DNA from: Magnetospirillum sp. WYHS-4
GTDB taxonomy: Bacteria > Pseudomonadota > Alphaproteobacteria > Rhodospirillales > GLO-3
NCBI GenBank assembly: GCA_039908345.1
Contig: JAMOBD010000007.1
Coordinates: forward strand, 14,743 to 78,742
DNA length: 64,000 nucleotides
Direction of reading: 5' to 3'
Each line of letters begins with the position of its first letter. The first letter of the stretch is position 1. Of the stretch, positions 1 through 9,772 are shown in pieces. The notes beneath the pieces were generated by a model. That model was not told the origin of the DNA and ran no database searches. It worked only from the letters and a program-made list of their open reading frames with translations. A program made the position numbers and the translations under genes.

Positions 1-238
1 GGGCAAGAATATTCCTCATCGCCACGATCCGACGCCACGGAATCTTCGGATAACGGTCGCGCAGGTCCGCCGGAACCTTGCGGGCGGCCTCTCCGATGAC
101 ATCAAGCGCCCGCGTCACGGCAAACTGCGTCTTGGAATCGTCCAGAAAATCTTGAAGTTTCATCCCCTCGACAAATTTTTCGGCCAGCCGCCCATATTCC
201 AACATATCGCGCAGATAAGCCGAGAAGTCGCGGGTCAT
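1..238 (-). CDS. HEPN/DUF86 (HepT-like) toxin; C-terminus runs off the left window edge
   Basis: Not in the ORF track because it is open-ended. Reverse translation from ATG at 238..236 gives MTRDFSAYLRDMLEYGRLAEKFVEGMKLQDFLDDSKTQFAVTRALDVIGEAARKVPADLRDRYPKIPWRRIVAMRNILA... This ends inside the R-x4-6-H HEPN motif. The start overlaps the stop of the upstream MNT gene (ATGA). Confidence 0.8.
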   Translation of the reverse strand, partial: MTRDFSAYLRDMLEYGRLAEKFVEGMKLQDFLDDSKTQFAVTRALDVIGEAARKVPADLRDRYPKIPWRRIVAMRNILA

Positions 239-528
239 ACGGTCACGACTTCGGACATCACATGGGCCGCGAGGCGGGGGCGCAACGCTTCCCGTTCCAC
301 CATCTCCACTTCGACGCCGAGGGCTTCGCTGAGTTCGATCTGCAGGCCCGCAAGGTCGATCAGGGTCATGCCGTCCCCAAGTTCGACCAGGAGATCGAGA
401 TCGCTATCTTCCGTTTGCTCTCCCCGGACGTAGGAGCCGAACACGCCCATGGCCCGAATGGGATAGCGTTCTCGCAAGCGGGGTTGCATCGCGCGCAGAT
501 CGGCAAGAATGGTTTCGAGAGTCCGCAT
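235..528 (-). CDS. MNT-type nucleotidyltransferase antitoxin (HEPN-MNT pair)
   Basis: Track ORF 235..651 (-). The internal Met at residue 42 (MRTLETILADL...) is the likely start. GVFGSYVRGEQTEDSDLDLLV matches the GS-x9-DxD minimal nucleotidyltransferase motif. There is a 4-nt overlap with the HEPN gene. Confidence 0.85.
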   Translation of the reverse strand: MRTLETILADLRAMQPRLRERYPIRAMGVFGSYVRGEQTEDSDLDLLVELGDGMTLIDLAGLQIELSEALGVEVEMVEREALRPRLAAHVMSEVVTV

Positions 529-669
529 GGTGCGATCCCTTTTGGGCCAATGCCCATCATACCTCCGGACAGGGCGGCTCAGAAGCGGTTTTCCGCAGGT
601 CGATGGCCAATAAATAGGCAGGCGCCGTGCTTCCCTCCAATTCATAGGCATTCTATATTACCGCAAAGC

Positions 670-3411
670 ATGACCCGAATCCGCAATCCGCGCGCCCTCA
701 TCGACCGCAAGGCCCTGGTCGCCAGACTCGAAGAGCTGGCGGGCTGGTCCGGCTGGTCGGCCAAGACCCGGCCACAGGTGCTGGACATCTTCAAGGAGGT
801 GCTGGCGTCGGGCCGCGCCGAGGTCCGCCGCCGCTTCGAGGAAGACAAGGTCACCGGCCCCGAGGCCACCCGCGCCCAGGCCTACCTGATGGACCAGCTG
901 ATCCGCACCGTCTTGGATTTTTCCGTCCAACACGTCTATCCGGTGGCCAATCCCACCAAGGGCGAACAGTTGTCGGCCGCCGCCATCGGCGGCTACGGGC
1001 GGGGCGAGTTGGCCCCCTTTTCCGACATCGATCTGATGTTCATCCTGCCCTACAAGTCGACGCCCCATACCGAGCAGGTGGTGGAGTTCATTCTCTACAT
1101 GCTCTGGGACCTTGGGCTGAAGGTGGGGCATTCGACGCGGTCGGTGGACGACGTCTTGCGCCTGGCCCGATCCGACCAGACGATCCGCACCAGTGTGCTG
1201 GAGGCCCGCTGGCTGTGGGGAGACGACGCCCTGTTCAAGGACTTCAAGAAGCGCTTCCAGGCGGAAATCGTCGCCACCACCGGCCGCGAGTTCGTGGAAA
1301 GCAAGCTGGGCGAGCGCGATTCGCGCCATTCCCGCATGGGCGACACCCGCTACGTCCTGGAACCCAACATCAAGGAAGGCAAGGGTGGCCTGCGCGATCT
1401 GCAGACCCTGTTCTGGATCGCCAAGTACCTCTACCAGGTGGAGGAAGTGGACCAGTTGGTCGCCAAGGGCGTGCTGACGCCGGAGGACGCCCGGCGCTTC
1501 GCCAAGGCGGAGACCTTCCTCTGGACCGTGCGCTGCCACCTGCATTACGTGGCCGGTCGGCCTGAGGAACGGCTCACCTTCAACGTCCAGGAGGAAATCG
1601 GCAGGCGCATGGGCTATCGCGACCGCGCCGGCTCGCGGGGCGTCGAACGCTTCATGAAGCACTACTTCCTGGTCGCCAAGGACGTGGGCGACTTGACCCG
1701 CATCCTCTGCGCCGTCCTGGAGGAGGACAACAAGAAGCGCCGCTTCAAGCTGCCGGGCCTGTCCTTTCTCAAGCGCAACCTGCCGGGGCTAAGGGTGGCC
1801 GGTGGACGGGTGTCCATCGACGACGAGGCGGCCCTGAAGAAGGACCCGCTGCTCATCCTGCGTCTGTTCCACGAAGCCCAGCGCCTGCAGATCGATATCC
1901 ATCCCCACGCGCTGCGCATGGTGACCCAGAACCTCGGCTTGGTGGACGCCCGCCTGCGCGACGACGGGGAAGCCAACCGGCTGTTCCTGGAAATGCTCTG
2001 TGACCTGCCCGAGCCCGAGGAAGCCCTGAAGCGGCTGAACGAGGCCGACGTCTTCGGCCGCTTCATCCCCGACTTCGGCCGGGTCGTGGCCCAGATGCAG
2101 TACGACATGTACCACGTCTACACGGTGGACGAGCACACCATCCGCGCCATCGGGGTCCTGAGCCGTATCGCCTCGGGGGCCATGGAAGGCGATTGCGCCG
2201 TGGCCTGCGAAGCCATCAAGGAAATCGAATCCCTGCGCGCCCTTTCGGTCGCCGTTCTGCTGCACGACATCGCCAAGGGCCGGGGCGGCGACCATTCGGA
2301 ACTGGGCGCCCAGGTGGCCCGCAAGCTGGGGCCCCGCCTGGGGTTGACCGACTGGGAGATCGAGACGGTGTCCTGGCTGGTGCTGCACCACCTGGTCATG
2401 AGCGCCACGGCCTTCAAGCGCGACATCAGCGACGCCAAGACCATCGCCGACTTCGTGGAGCGGGTGCAATCGCCGGAACGGCTGCGCATGCTGTTGGTCC
2501 TGACGGTCGCCGACATCATGGCGGTGGGGCCCAACGTCTGGAATTCCTGGAAGGGCAACCTGCTGAAGGACCTTTATTACGAATCCCTGGCGGCGATGAC
2601 CGGCGGCCTGCCCACCGCCCACCGTTCGGCCCGGGTCGAACAGGCCAAGCTGGCGCTCAGGGCCCGATTGGAAAGCTGGGCCGAGGCCGACGTGGAGCGC
2701 CACCTGGCGCTCGGCAACCTGAACTACTGGCTGAGCTTCGACACCGCCACCCACGTCCAGCATGCCGGCCTGGTGCGCCGCGCCGCCGAGGAAGGCCGGG
2801 AACTGCTGATCGAAAGCCGCGCCGACGTGGCCCGCGACGCCACCGAGGTCATCATCTACGCCCCCGACCATCCGGGCCTTTTCGCCCAGATCGCCGGCGC
2901 CATGGCCCTGGGCGGCGCCAACATCGTCGAAGCGCGCATCACCACGCTCAACAACGGCATGGCCCTGGACACCTTCCTGGTCCAGGACGCCGGCGCCCAC
3001 GCGGCCATCGACGACGAACCCCGGATGAAGCGCCTCTGCGCCTCCATCGAAAGCGCGCTCAGCGGCACCCGGCACCTGAGGAAGGAACTGGCCGAAGCCA
3101 TCCACAAGATGCTGCCCAGCCGCACCCAGGTCTTCACCGTGCCGCCCCGGGTGCTGGTCGACAACGAGGCCAGCCGCCAGTTCACCGTCATCGAGGTCAA
3201 CGGCCGCGACCGGCCGGGATTCCTCTACGACGTGACGCGGGCCTGCACCGACCTGGGCCTGCAGATCGCCTCGGCGCGGATTTCCACCTACGGCGAACGG
3301 GCGGTGGACGTCTTCTACGTCAAGGACGTCTACGGCCTGAAAGTGGACGGCGAGGAAAAGCTGGAACGCATACGCAAGCGTCTACTCCTGGCCGTCGCGC
3401 CGGAGGCGTGA
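670..3411 (+). CDS. glnD: bifunctional [protein-PII] uridylyltransferase / uridylyl-removing enzyme
   Basis: Track ORF 262..3411; the first plausible Met is at 670 (MTRIRNPRALIDRKALV). It has an N-terminal nucleotidyltransferase (GGYGRGELAPFSDIDLMF), an HD domain (LLHDIAKGRGGDHSELG) and two C-terminal ACT-like repeats. Confidence 0.95.
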   Translation: MTRIRNPRALIDRKALVARLEELAGWSGWSAKTRPQVLDIFKEVLASGRAEVRRRFEEDKVTGPEATRAQAYLMDQLIRTVLDFSVQHVYPVANPTKGEQLSAAAIGGYGRGELAPFSDIDLMFILPYKSTPHTEQVVEFILYMLWDLGLKVGHSTRSVDDVLRLARSDQTIRTSVLEARWLWGDDALFKDFKKRFQAEIVATTGREFVESKLGERDSRHSRMGDTRYVLEPNIKEGKGGLRDLQTLFWIAKYLYQVEEVDQLVAKGVLTPEDARRFAKAETFLWTVRCHLHYVAGRPEERLTFNVQEEIGRRMGYRDRAGSRGVERFMKHYFLVAKDVGDLTRILCAVLEEDNKKRRFKLPGLSFLKRNLPGLRVAGGRVSIDDEAALKKDPLLILRLFHEAQRLQIDIHPHALRMVTQNLGLVDARLRDDGEANRLFLEMLCDLPEPEEALKRLNEADVFGRFIPDFGRVVAQMQYDMYHVYTVDEHTIRAIGVLSRIASGAMEGDCAVACEAIKEIESLRALSVAVLLHDIAKGRGGDHSELGAQVARKLGPRLGLTDWEIETVSWLVLHHLVMSATAFKRDISDAKTIADFVERVQSPERLRMLLVLTVADIMAVGPNVWNSWKGNLLKDLYYESLAAMTGGLPTAHRSARVEQAKLALRARLESWAEADVERHLALGNLNYWLSFDTATHVQHAGLVRRAAEEGRELLIESRADVARDATEVIIYAPDHPGLFAQIAGAMALGGANIVEARITTLNNGMALDTFLVQDAGAHAAIDDEPRMKRLCASIESALSGTRHLRKELAEAIHKMLPSRTQVFTVPPRVLVDNEASRQFTVIEVNGRDRPGFLYDVTRACTDLGLQIASARISTYGERAVDVFYVKDVYGLKVDGEEKLERIRKRLLLAVAPEA

Positions 3412-3501
3412 GGAATCGGGCACCGTCTTCGCCGCCGGGTGACTTGAACTCCCCCGCCTGCCGGCCTTATAGTGCGCCCCATGACCGGGGGCGCGCACCA
3501 G

Positions 3502-4443
3502 ATGAATCCCTTTCTGCATCGGCACCTGCTCGGCATCGAGGGGCTGACGCGGCCGGAAATCTCGTTCCTGCTGGACCGTTCGGAAGCCTACGTAGAGCAG
3601 AACCGCGGGGTCGACAAGAAGAAGGCCCTGCTTACGGGCCGCACGGTCATCAACCTGTTCTTCGAGGCTTCCACCCGGACCCGTACCTCCTTCGAACTGG
3701 CGGCCCAGCGCCTGGGCGCCGACGTCATCAACATGTCGGTGTCTTCCAGTTCGGTGAAGAAGGGCGAGACCCTGATCGACACCGCCATGACCCTGAACGC
3801 CATGCATCCCGACGCCCTGGTGGTGCGCCACGGCGATTCGGGGGCGGTGAAGCTGCTGTCCGAGAAGGTCAACTGCGCGGTCCTGAACGCCGGCGACGGG
3901 GCGCACGAGCATCCCACCCAGGCGTTGCTGGACGCGGTGACCATCCGCCGGCGCAAGGGAGAATTGGAGAATTTGCGGGTCGCCATCTGCGGCGACATCG
4001 CCCATTCGCGGGTGGCGCGCTCCAACATCCACCTGCTCACCACCATGGGCGCGCGGGTGCGCCTGATCGCGCCCAAGACCCTGATCCCTTCCAAGATCGA
4101 GAACCTGGGCGTCGAAGTCTTCCACGACATGCACAAGGGCCTGGCCGGCTGCGACATCGTGATGATGCTGCGCCTGCAGACGGAACGCATGCACAGCAAC
4201 TACTTTCCCTCCATCCGCGAATATTTCCACTTCTTCGGCCTGGATTACGAGAAGCTGGCGGCGGCCAAGCCGGACGCGCTCATCATGCATCCCGGGCCCA
4301 TGAACCGCGGCGTCGAGATCGATTCGGAAGTGGCCGACGACATCGGCCGGTCGGCGATTCGCGAGCAGGTGGAAATCGGCGTCGCGGTGCGCATGGCGGT
4401 GCTGGAAGCCCTGCTGGCGCCGCCAAGGGAGGGGGGCGCCTGA
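3502..4443 (+). CDS. pyrB: aspartate carbamoyltransferase catalytic chain
   Basis: Track ORF 3472..4443. Motifs present: [21 protein letters not shown] and HPGPMNRG. The start at 3502 ([15 protein letters not shown]) is preferred over 3472. Confidence 0.93.
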   Translation: MNPFLHRHLLGIEGLTRPEISFLLDRSEAYVEQNRGVDKKKALLTGRTVINLFFEASTRTRTSFELAAQRLGADVINMSVSSSSVKKGETLIDTAMTLNAMHPDALVVRHGDSGAVKLLSEKVNCAVLNAGDGAHEHPTQALLDAVTIRRRKGELENLRVAICGDIAHSRVARSNIHLLTTMGARVRLIAPKTLIPSKIENLGVEVFHDMHKGLAGCDIVMMLRLQTERMHSNYFPSIREYFHFFGLDYEKLAAAKPDALIMHPGPMNRGVEIDSEVADDIGRSAIREQVEIGVAVRMAVLEALLAPPREGGA

Positions 4444-5771
4444 TGGGTCATCGTTCCGACCATTCGCCGGGCCGCATCGCTTTCATCAACGCCCGCCTGC
4501 TCGATCCTGCCTCGGGCCTGGACGCCAAGGGCGCCCTGCTCGTCGAAGGCGAGGCGATCGCCGATTTCGGTCCCGCCCTGTTCAAGAGTGGCGTTCCGTC
4601 CGGGATCGAGACGGTCGATTGCCGGGGCCATTGCCTGGCGCCCGGCCTGGTCGACATGCGGGTGCAACTGCGCGAGCCGGGCGAGGAGCACAAGGGCACG
4701 CTGGCTTCCGCCGGCCAGGCTGCAACGGCGGGCGGCGTCACCACCATGGTCTGCCTGCCCAACACCTCGCCGGTGATCGACGACATGTCGGTGGTCGAGT
4801 TCGTCGCCCGCCGCGCCCGCAAGCTGGGACTCACCAAGGTCTACTGCTACGGCGCGGTGACCAAGGGTCTGGCCGGCCAGGAACTGGCGGAAATGGGCAT
4901 GTTGGCCGAATCGGGTGCCGTGGCCTTCACCGACGGCACCCAGGCGGTGGGCGACGCCCAGGTCATGCGCCGGGCGCTGACCTACGCCGCCACCTTCGGC
5001 CTGCTGATCGTCCAGCATCCGGAAGAACCGAGCCTCGCCCGCGGGGGCGCCATGAACGCGGGCGAGACCGCGACCCGCCTGGGACTGCCCGGCATTCCCC
5101 GCGAAGCCGAAGTCATCATGGTGGAACGGGATATCCGCCTGGTCGAGATGACCGGCGGGCGGCTGCATTTCGCCCACGTCTCGACCGCCGGAGCCGTCGA
5201 GGCGGTGGCCGCCGCCAAGGCCCGCGGGCTCAAGGTCACCTGCGATACCGCGCCGCCCTACTTCGCCCTGAACGAAGGCGCGGTGGGCGATTACCGCACC
5301 TTCGCCAAGCTGTCGCCGCCCCTGCGTTCCGAGGCCGACCGCAAGGCCATCGTCGAGGGACTGAAGGCCGGCATCATCGACGCCATCGCCTCCGACCACG
5401 CGCCCGAGGACGAAGACGCCAAACGCCTGCCGTTCGCCCAGGCCGCTTTCGGCGGCGTCGGGCTGGAAACCCTGCTGGGCGTCTCGCTGGGGCTATATCA
5501 CCACGGCGGAATGACGCTGCTGGACGTGCTGCGGCCACTGACCTGCGCGCCGGCCGACATCCTGGGGCTGCCTGCCGGGCGGCTGACGAAGGGCGCGGCG
5601 GCGGACCTGGTGCTGTTCGATCCGGAGCGGGGCTGGCGAGTGGATTCGGACGACCTGCTCTCCAAATCCAAGAATACGCCCTTCGACGGCTATCTGGTGC
5701 AGGGCCGCGCATTGCGCACCGTTATCGACGGCCGCACCGTGTTCGACGCCGCCCACGGGCCCGAGGACTGA
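4443..5771 (+). CDS. pyrC: dihydroorotase-like amidohydrolase (PyrC / PyrC'-type; canonical HxH metal motif replaced)
   Basis: This is the last 442 aa of the 1192-aa track ORF 2193..5771. The ATG at 4443 overlaps the pyrB stop (TGATG). It shows the class I dihydroorotase layout ([20 protein letters not shown]), but the usual D-x-H-V-H reads D-M-R-V-Q. Confidence 0.85.
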   Translation: MGHRSDHSPGRIAFINARLLDPASGLDAKGALLVEGEAIADFGPALFKSGVPSGIETVDCRGHCLAPGLVDMRVQLREPGEEHKGTLASAGQAATAGGVTTMVCLPNTSPVIDDMSVVEFVARRARKLGLTKVYCYGAVTKGLAGQELAEMGMLAESGAVAFTDGTQAVGDAQVMRRALTYAATFGLLIVQHPEEPSLARGGAMNAGETATRLGLPGIPREAEVIMVERDIRLVEMTGGRLHFAHVSTAGAVEAVAAAKARGLKVTCDTAPPYFALNEGAVGDYRTFAKLSPPLRSEADRKAIVEGLKAGIIDAIASDHAPEDEDAKRLPFAQAAFGGVGLETLLGVSLGLYHHGGMTLLDVLRPLTCAPADILGLPAGRLTKGAAADLVLFDPERGWRVDSDDLLSKSKNTPFDGYLVQGRALRTVIDGRTVFDAAHGPED

Positions 5772-5772
5772 G

Positions 5773-6381
5773 ATGGATCTTCCCGTCCTTGCCGCCGCCC
5801 TGGCGGGCGGCTATCTGCTGGGCTCGGTGCCCTTCGGCCTGGTGTTGACACGGGTTGCCGGGCTGGGCGACATCCGCGGCATCGGCTCGGGAAACATCGG
5901 CGCCACCAACGTGCTGCGCACCGGCCGCAAGGGCTTGGCGGCCGCCACCCTGCTTCTCGACGGCGGCAAGGGGGCCGCCGCCGCGCTGATCGCCCAGGCC
6001 TTGGCCGGCACGGACCCGGGACTGCTGGCCGGGCTGGCGGCGGTGATCGGGCACAACTTCCCCATCTGGCTGAATTTCAAGGGGGGAAAGGGCGTCGCCA
6101 CCACCCTGGGGGTACTGCTCGCCACCTCGGTGCCGGTCGGCCTGGCGGCCTGCCTGACCTGGTTGGGCACCGCCTTGCTGTTCAGATATTCCTCCTTGGC
6201 CGCCCTGGTGGCCCTGGCCGCCGCGCCGGTCTCCGCCTGGTTCCTGGCCGGTCCCGGCCATGCCGCCATGGCCGCCGCGCTCGCGGTGCTGGGCATCGCC
6301 CGCCACCATGCGAACATCGCCCGCCTGCTGAAGGGCGAGGAACCGAAAATCGGCCGAAAGAAAAATCATCACGCCGGATAA
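5773..6381 (+). CDS. plsY: glycerol-3-phosphate acyltransferase PlsY
   Basis: 202 aa multi-pass membrane protein with [16 protein letters not shown] and [18 protein letters not shown] motifs. Confidence 0.92.
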   Translation: MDLPVLAAALAGGYLLGSVPFGLVLTRVAGLGDIRGIGSGNIGATNVLRTGRKGLAAATLLLDGGKGAAAALIAQALAGTDPGLLAGLAAVIGHNFPIWLNFKGGKGVATTLGVLLATSVPVGLAACLTWLGTALLFRYSSLAALVALAAAPVSAWFLAGPGHAAMAAALAVLGIARHHANIARLLKGEEPKIGRKKNHHAG

Positions 6382-6881
6382 ACGAGGAAGTGCGGCCCGC
6401 CGCCCTCGCGAAAGCGTTCCAGGCCCCATGCCACGCTGGAAAACGCCAGATCCGCCCACGGAATGTCGTTCCAGTCGAACAGGCCGACCTCGCGGCTTTC
6501 CGGGCCCGCGCCGCAGTCGGGAGCCAGAAGCCGAGCGCGATAGATCAGATAGACGTGGCCGACCTGGGGAATTTCGTAGACGCCCAACAGGTCCTCGATC
6601 TCGGCCCTGGCGCGGGCTTCTTCCTCTACCTCGCGCAAGGCGCCCTGGGCGGCGCTCTCGCCGCGTTCCATGAACCCGGCCGGAAACGTCCAGTAGCCGA
6701 TTCGCGGCGCGATGGCGCGGCGGCAAAGGAGGATGCGGCCTTCCCAGGTGCAGATGGCCCCAACCACGATCTTGGGATTTCCGTATTCGATATAGCCGCA
6801 ATCGGGGCAGACCAGCCGGGTCCGCGTATCCCCTTCGGGCACGGTCTCGACGGTCGGTCCACGCGGCGACGGTTCGATCAT
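6369..6881 (-). CDS. NUDIX hydrolase with N-terminal zinc-ribbon-like motif
   Basis: Track ORF 6369..7256; the likely start is Met at 6881 ([10 protein letters not shown]). [12 protein letters not shown] is followed by the Nudix box [23 protein letters not shown]. Confidence 0.85.
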   Translation of the reverse strand: MIEPSPRGPTVETVPEGDTRTRLVCPDCGYIEYGNPKIVVGAICTWEGRILLCRRAIAPRIGYWTFPAGFMERGESAAQGALREVEEEARARAEIEDLLGVYEIPQVGHVYLIYRARLLAPDCGAGPESREVGLFDWNDIPWADLAFSSVAWGLERFREGGGPHFLVYPA

Positions 6882-7078
6882 GCCACCACTTTGGCGGCGC
6901 GGCCCAGGGGGCGCAAGGCGAAAACGGAGGTTTCCCCTTGCGGCAAGGCTGCTATCATGGAGGCCGATTCGGTGCATGGAGGATTCGGACCCGCATGGCT
7001 GGCGGCCAACATCTGCAGCAGGTCTACGCGGACCCCACGCCTGCCGCCGATTACGGCGAGCAGACCTTTCTGGGTGGC

Positions 7079-8953
7079 ATGAGCCTTTCCGGGCGGGTTC
7101 GGCTGTTCGTCTTCCTGGGCCTGGCGGCCATGGTCGGCCTTGGGGCAGGCGCCTGGCATCTGGACCAGCGCCTGGCGCTGGTGGTGGACGAGACCGCCCG
7201 CGCCCGCGACCTGCTGGAGATTGCGGGCAAGGTCGAGCGGGGCGTCTGGCAGGCACGCGACAGCGAACGCAGCCTGCTGGCCGACGGTGCCGCCATCCAT
7301 GCCGAACGCTACGACATTCAGGTGGCCGGGGTGACCAGCGCCCTGGAGGCCCTCGCGGGCCGTCCCGACGCCCAACCGCTGGCCGATCGGCTCAAGGAAA
7401 TCGGCGAGGCCCTGGCCCGCCACGGGGTGGAATTCCGCGATGGCGCGGCGACGGCCAAGGCCGCCCCGCGTCCTGACGCCGATACCCCCAACGCGCTGGT
7501 GGAAAAGGCAGCCGTCGAGGTCGAGGCCCGGGTGGCGCGCACCGAGTTCGCCGGGCTCAGGAATCTCTGGCAGCGAGTGCGCGAACAGGAACAGGGTTTG
7601 GCTCCCGGCGCCTCGGAGGAAACTGTCGTGCGGATCGCCAAGGCCATCGACACCTTCGGCCAAGCGCTGGTCGGTGCACCGCTGGCCGACAAGGATCGGC
7701 GAGGTGTCGCCGAGGCCCTGACCGCCTATCGCCTGGCGGTCGAGGCCGCTCTCAAGGCACGTGGCGGAACGCTGCGCGGCCGCGGGACCGCCCGGTTGGA
7801 CAAGGCCTTCGGCGAGGTGGTGCAGCAGGTGGACGGCTTGGTTTCCTTCGCCGAGGAACGATCCCTGGTCGCGTCCCAGAAGGAACGCAGCCTGCGGGAA
7901 CTGGTCCGTCTGGGCGTGGCGGGCGGCGTGGTGGGTGGACTCTTGTTGCTGATCCTGTTCGGGGCCTTGATGATGCGCAGCATCGCGAACCCCGTCCGGG
8001 CCCTGGCCAACGCGGCGCCGCGATTGTTGGGCGGCGACACGACGGCTCTCATTCCGGCGCTGGGCAACCACGACGAGATCGGCGAGGTAGCCCGTACGTT
8101 GGCCAAGATGCGGGCCGACCTGGGTGAAGCGCCGCGTGTCCGGCGCGAACTGGATGCGGTCAAGGCGGACTTGGCCCGCCAGATGGAAGAGGAAGGCCGA
8201 CTGCGGCGCGAAGTCGAGGCCCTGCAGTCCCGCGAGATCCCACCGCCCGTGCCGGTGGCGGAGCCGCCGCCACCCCCGCCACCACCGCCACCGCCCGAAA
8301 TCGAGGCGATCCCGGTAGCCGTCGAGCCGGTGGCGGTATCCGAGATTCCGGCCCGTCTGGGCAAGCTCTGGTCGGGCACCATTTCCACGGTCAGCCGCGA
8401 CGTCGCCCTGGCCAGCCAGGACGTTTCCGACGCCGCCTTCGAGGCCGAGCGGATGGGAACCATGATCCGCGGCCTGACCTTCGCCACCGCCCGGCTGAAG
8501 GAGGCGGACGAGATGATTTCCACCATCGCCGAGCAGGCGAATCTGCTGGCCTTCAAGACCCGGCTGGGCGATGGCGCCCGCCCCCCCGAGGGCAACCGCA
8601 ATCTGATCGTGCTGTCTTCCGATCCCCGCCTGATCGCTTCCGGTCGGGAGGGCAAGGACGAGGACGAGCCGCCGACCGTCCGGGTCGAGGCCATCCGCGC
8701 CGCCGCCGCGCAGGCCAAGGAAGCGTTGCGCGAGGTGGGCGAGGCCGTGGTGGACATCAAGGGCGCGGCGATGGATCTGGCTGCCTCGACGTCGGAGGAG
8801 GCGCTGGCGGTCACCACGCGCCTGATGGAGCAATCCCAGTTCCTGCGCAACATGCTTGATGAACTGGTGGGCAAGATCCACAACCGCGATGATGGTTCCT
8901 TGGCCTCCGACCAGCCGCCTCTCCTGACCCCGCGGCGAACCGACGAACGCTGA
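7079..8953 (+). CDS. membrane HAMP-domain protein with degenerate MCP-signalling-like C-terminus and an 11-proline run
   Basis: Track ORF 6938..8953; the start is ambiguous (6938, 6995 or 7079). It has a TM helix ([20 protein letters not shown]), a second TM plus HAMP ([17 protein letters not shown]...[17 protein letters not shown]), a coiled coil, E-P11-E at 8264..8296, then [14 protein letters not shown], which resembles but does not match the MCP hairpin. Confidence 0.7.
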   Translation: MSLSGRVRLFVFLGLAAMVGLGAGAWHLDQRLALVVDETARARDLLEIAGKVERGVWQARDSERSLLADGAAIHAERYDIQVAGVTSALEALAGRPDAQPLADRLKEIGEALARHGVEFRDGAATAKAAPRPDADTPNALVEKAAVEVEARVARTEFAGLRNLWQRVREQEQGLAPGASEETVVRIAKAIDTFGQALVGAPLADKDRRGVAEALTAYRLAVEAALKARGGTLRGRGTARLDKAFGEVVQQVDGLVSFAEERSLVASQKERSLRELVRLGVAGGVVGGLLLLILFGALMMRSIANPVRALANAAPRLLGGDTTALIPALGNHDEIGEVARTLAKMRADLGEAPRVRRELDAVKADLARQMEEEGRLRREVEALQSREIPPPVPVAEPPPPPPPPPPPEIEAIPVAVEPVAVSEIPARLGKLWSGTISTVSRDVALASQDVSDAAFEAERMGTMIRGLTFATARLKEADEMISTIAEQANLLAFKTRLGDGARPPEGNRNLIVLSSDPRLIASGREGKDEDEPPTVRVEAIRAAAAQAKEALREVGEAVVDIKGAAMDLAASTSEEALAVTTRLMEQSQFLRNMLDELVGKIHNRDDGSLASDQPPLLTPRRTDER

Positions 8954-8967
8954 GAACGACGCCCCGA

Positions 8968-9717
8968 TTACAGCGTGGACAGCACCCGCCGGATCTCCCC
9001 CTCCAGCACCAGGCAGGTCAGGCGGCCGCTGCGGTAGGCGCCGGTGTCGATGCCGATTCGGTTGCGGAGGATGGCGGGTTCGGGTTCCACGGTGTGGCCA
9101 TGCACCACGACCCGCCCGAAATCCTGGGTCGACATCAGGAAAGGGCCACGTATCCAAAGCAGGTCGGCCGGCACCTGGTCGGCCAAGGTCGCGCCCGGCC
9201 GTATCCCGGCATGGACGAACAGGTAACCGCTCTCCTCATGATACAGCTTCAAGGCGTCCAGAAAGGCGCGGTGGCTGGCCGGCAGGGCGTCCCGAAGGCT
9301 TTCGCGAAGATCCGCCAGACTGGTCCGGCCGAAGAGCACCGCTGTGGCGTCGAGGCCGTAACTCTCGATCGTCGCTCGCCCCCCGTTGGCCAACCACGTT
9401 TCGCCGGCCACTCCCAGGTCGAGGAAGTCGACCAGGAATTGTTCGTGGTTTCCTCTCAGGTAGACGATGTCGAATCCCGACGGCGGGCCTTCGAGAAGAA
9501 GATCGATCACCTTCGCCGATTCCGGCCCCCGGTCCACATAATCCCCCAGAAACACCAGAACGTGCCTGAGATCGGGGGAATCGCCCGCATCGGCGGCGAT
9601 TCGGTCCAGCAACCGGCGCAACAGGTCGGCTCGTCCATGAATGTCGCCGACCGCGTAGACGCGCCGTCCCGGCGAAATCCGGGGCGGCAGGGGAGGGGCG
9701 AGTTGAGTCCCGACCAT
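8968..9717 (-). CDS. metallophosphoesterase (PP1/PrpA/ApaH-like Ser/Thr phosphatase)
   Basis: Track ORF 8968..9939; Met at 9717 (MVGTQLAPP). GDIHG, GDYVDRGP, GNHE and VHGHT motifs are present. Confidence 0.85.
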   Translation of the reverse strand: MVGTQLAPPLPPRISPGRRVYAVGDIHGRADLLRRLLDRIAADAGDSPDLRHVLVFLGDYVDRGPESAKVIDLLLEGPPSGFDIVYLRGNHEQFLVDFLDLGVAGETWLANGGRATIESYGLDATAVLFGRTSLADLRESLRDALPASHRAFLDALKLYHEESGYLFVHAGIRPGATLADQVPADLLWIRGPFLMSTQDFGRVVVHGHTVEPEPAILRNRIGIDTGAYRSGRLTCLVLEGEIRRVLSTL

Positions 9718-9772
9718 GACTGTGAATATGATGGGGGCGGGCAAAGGCGACAACCCAAATCGGAAAGTTCGA

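Noticed and set aside
2193-4442. N-terminal 750 aa of the 1192-aa plus ORF that ends as pyrC
   Set aside because: This part overlaps glnD and pyrB in other frames and is Arg/Pro/Gly-rich nonsense. Only the segment from ATG 4443 is dihydroorotase-like.
9716-9772. Upstream ATG at 9716 for EAL-like paralog A. It shares the palindromic CATG with the divergent phosphatase start at 9717.
   Set aside because: The paralog alignment begins at Met 9773, and the 19 extra residues have no counterpart in paralog B. The start remains experimentally unverified.
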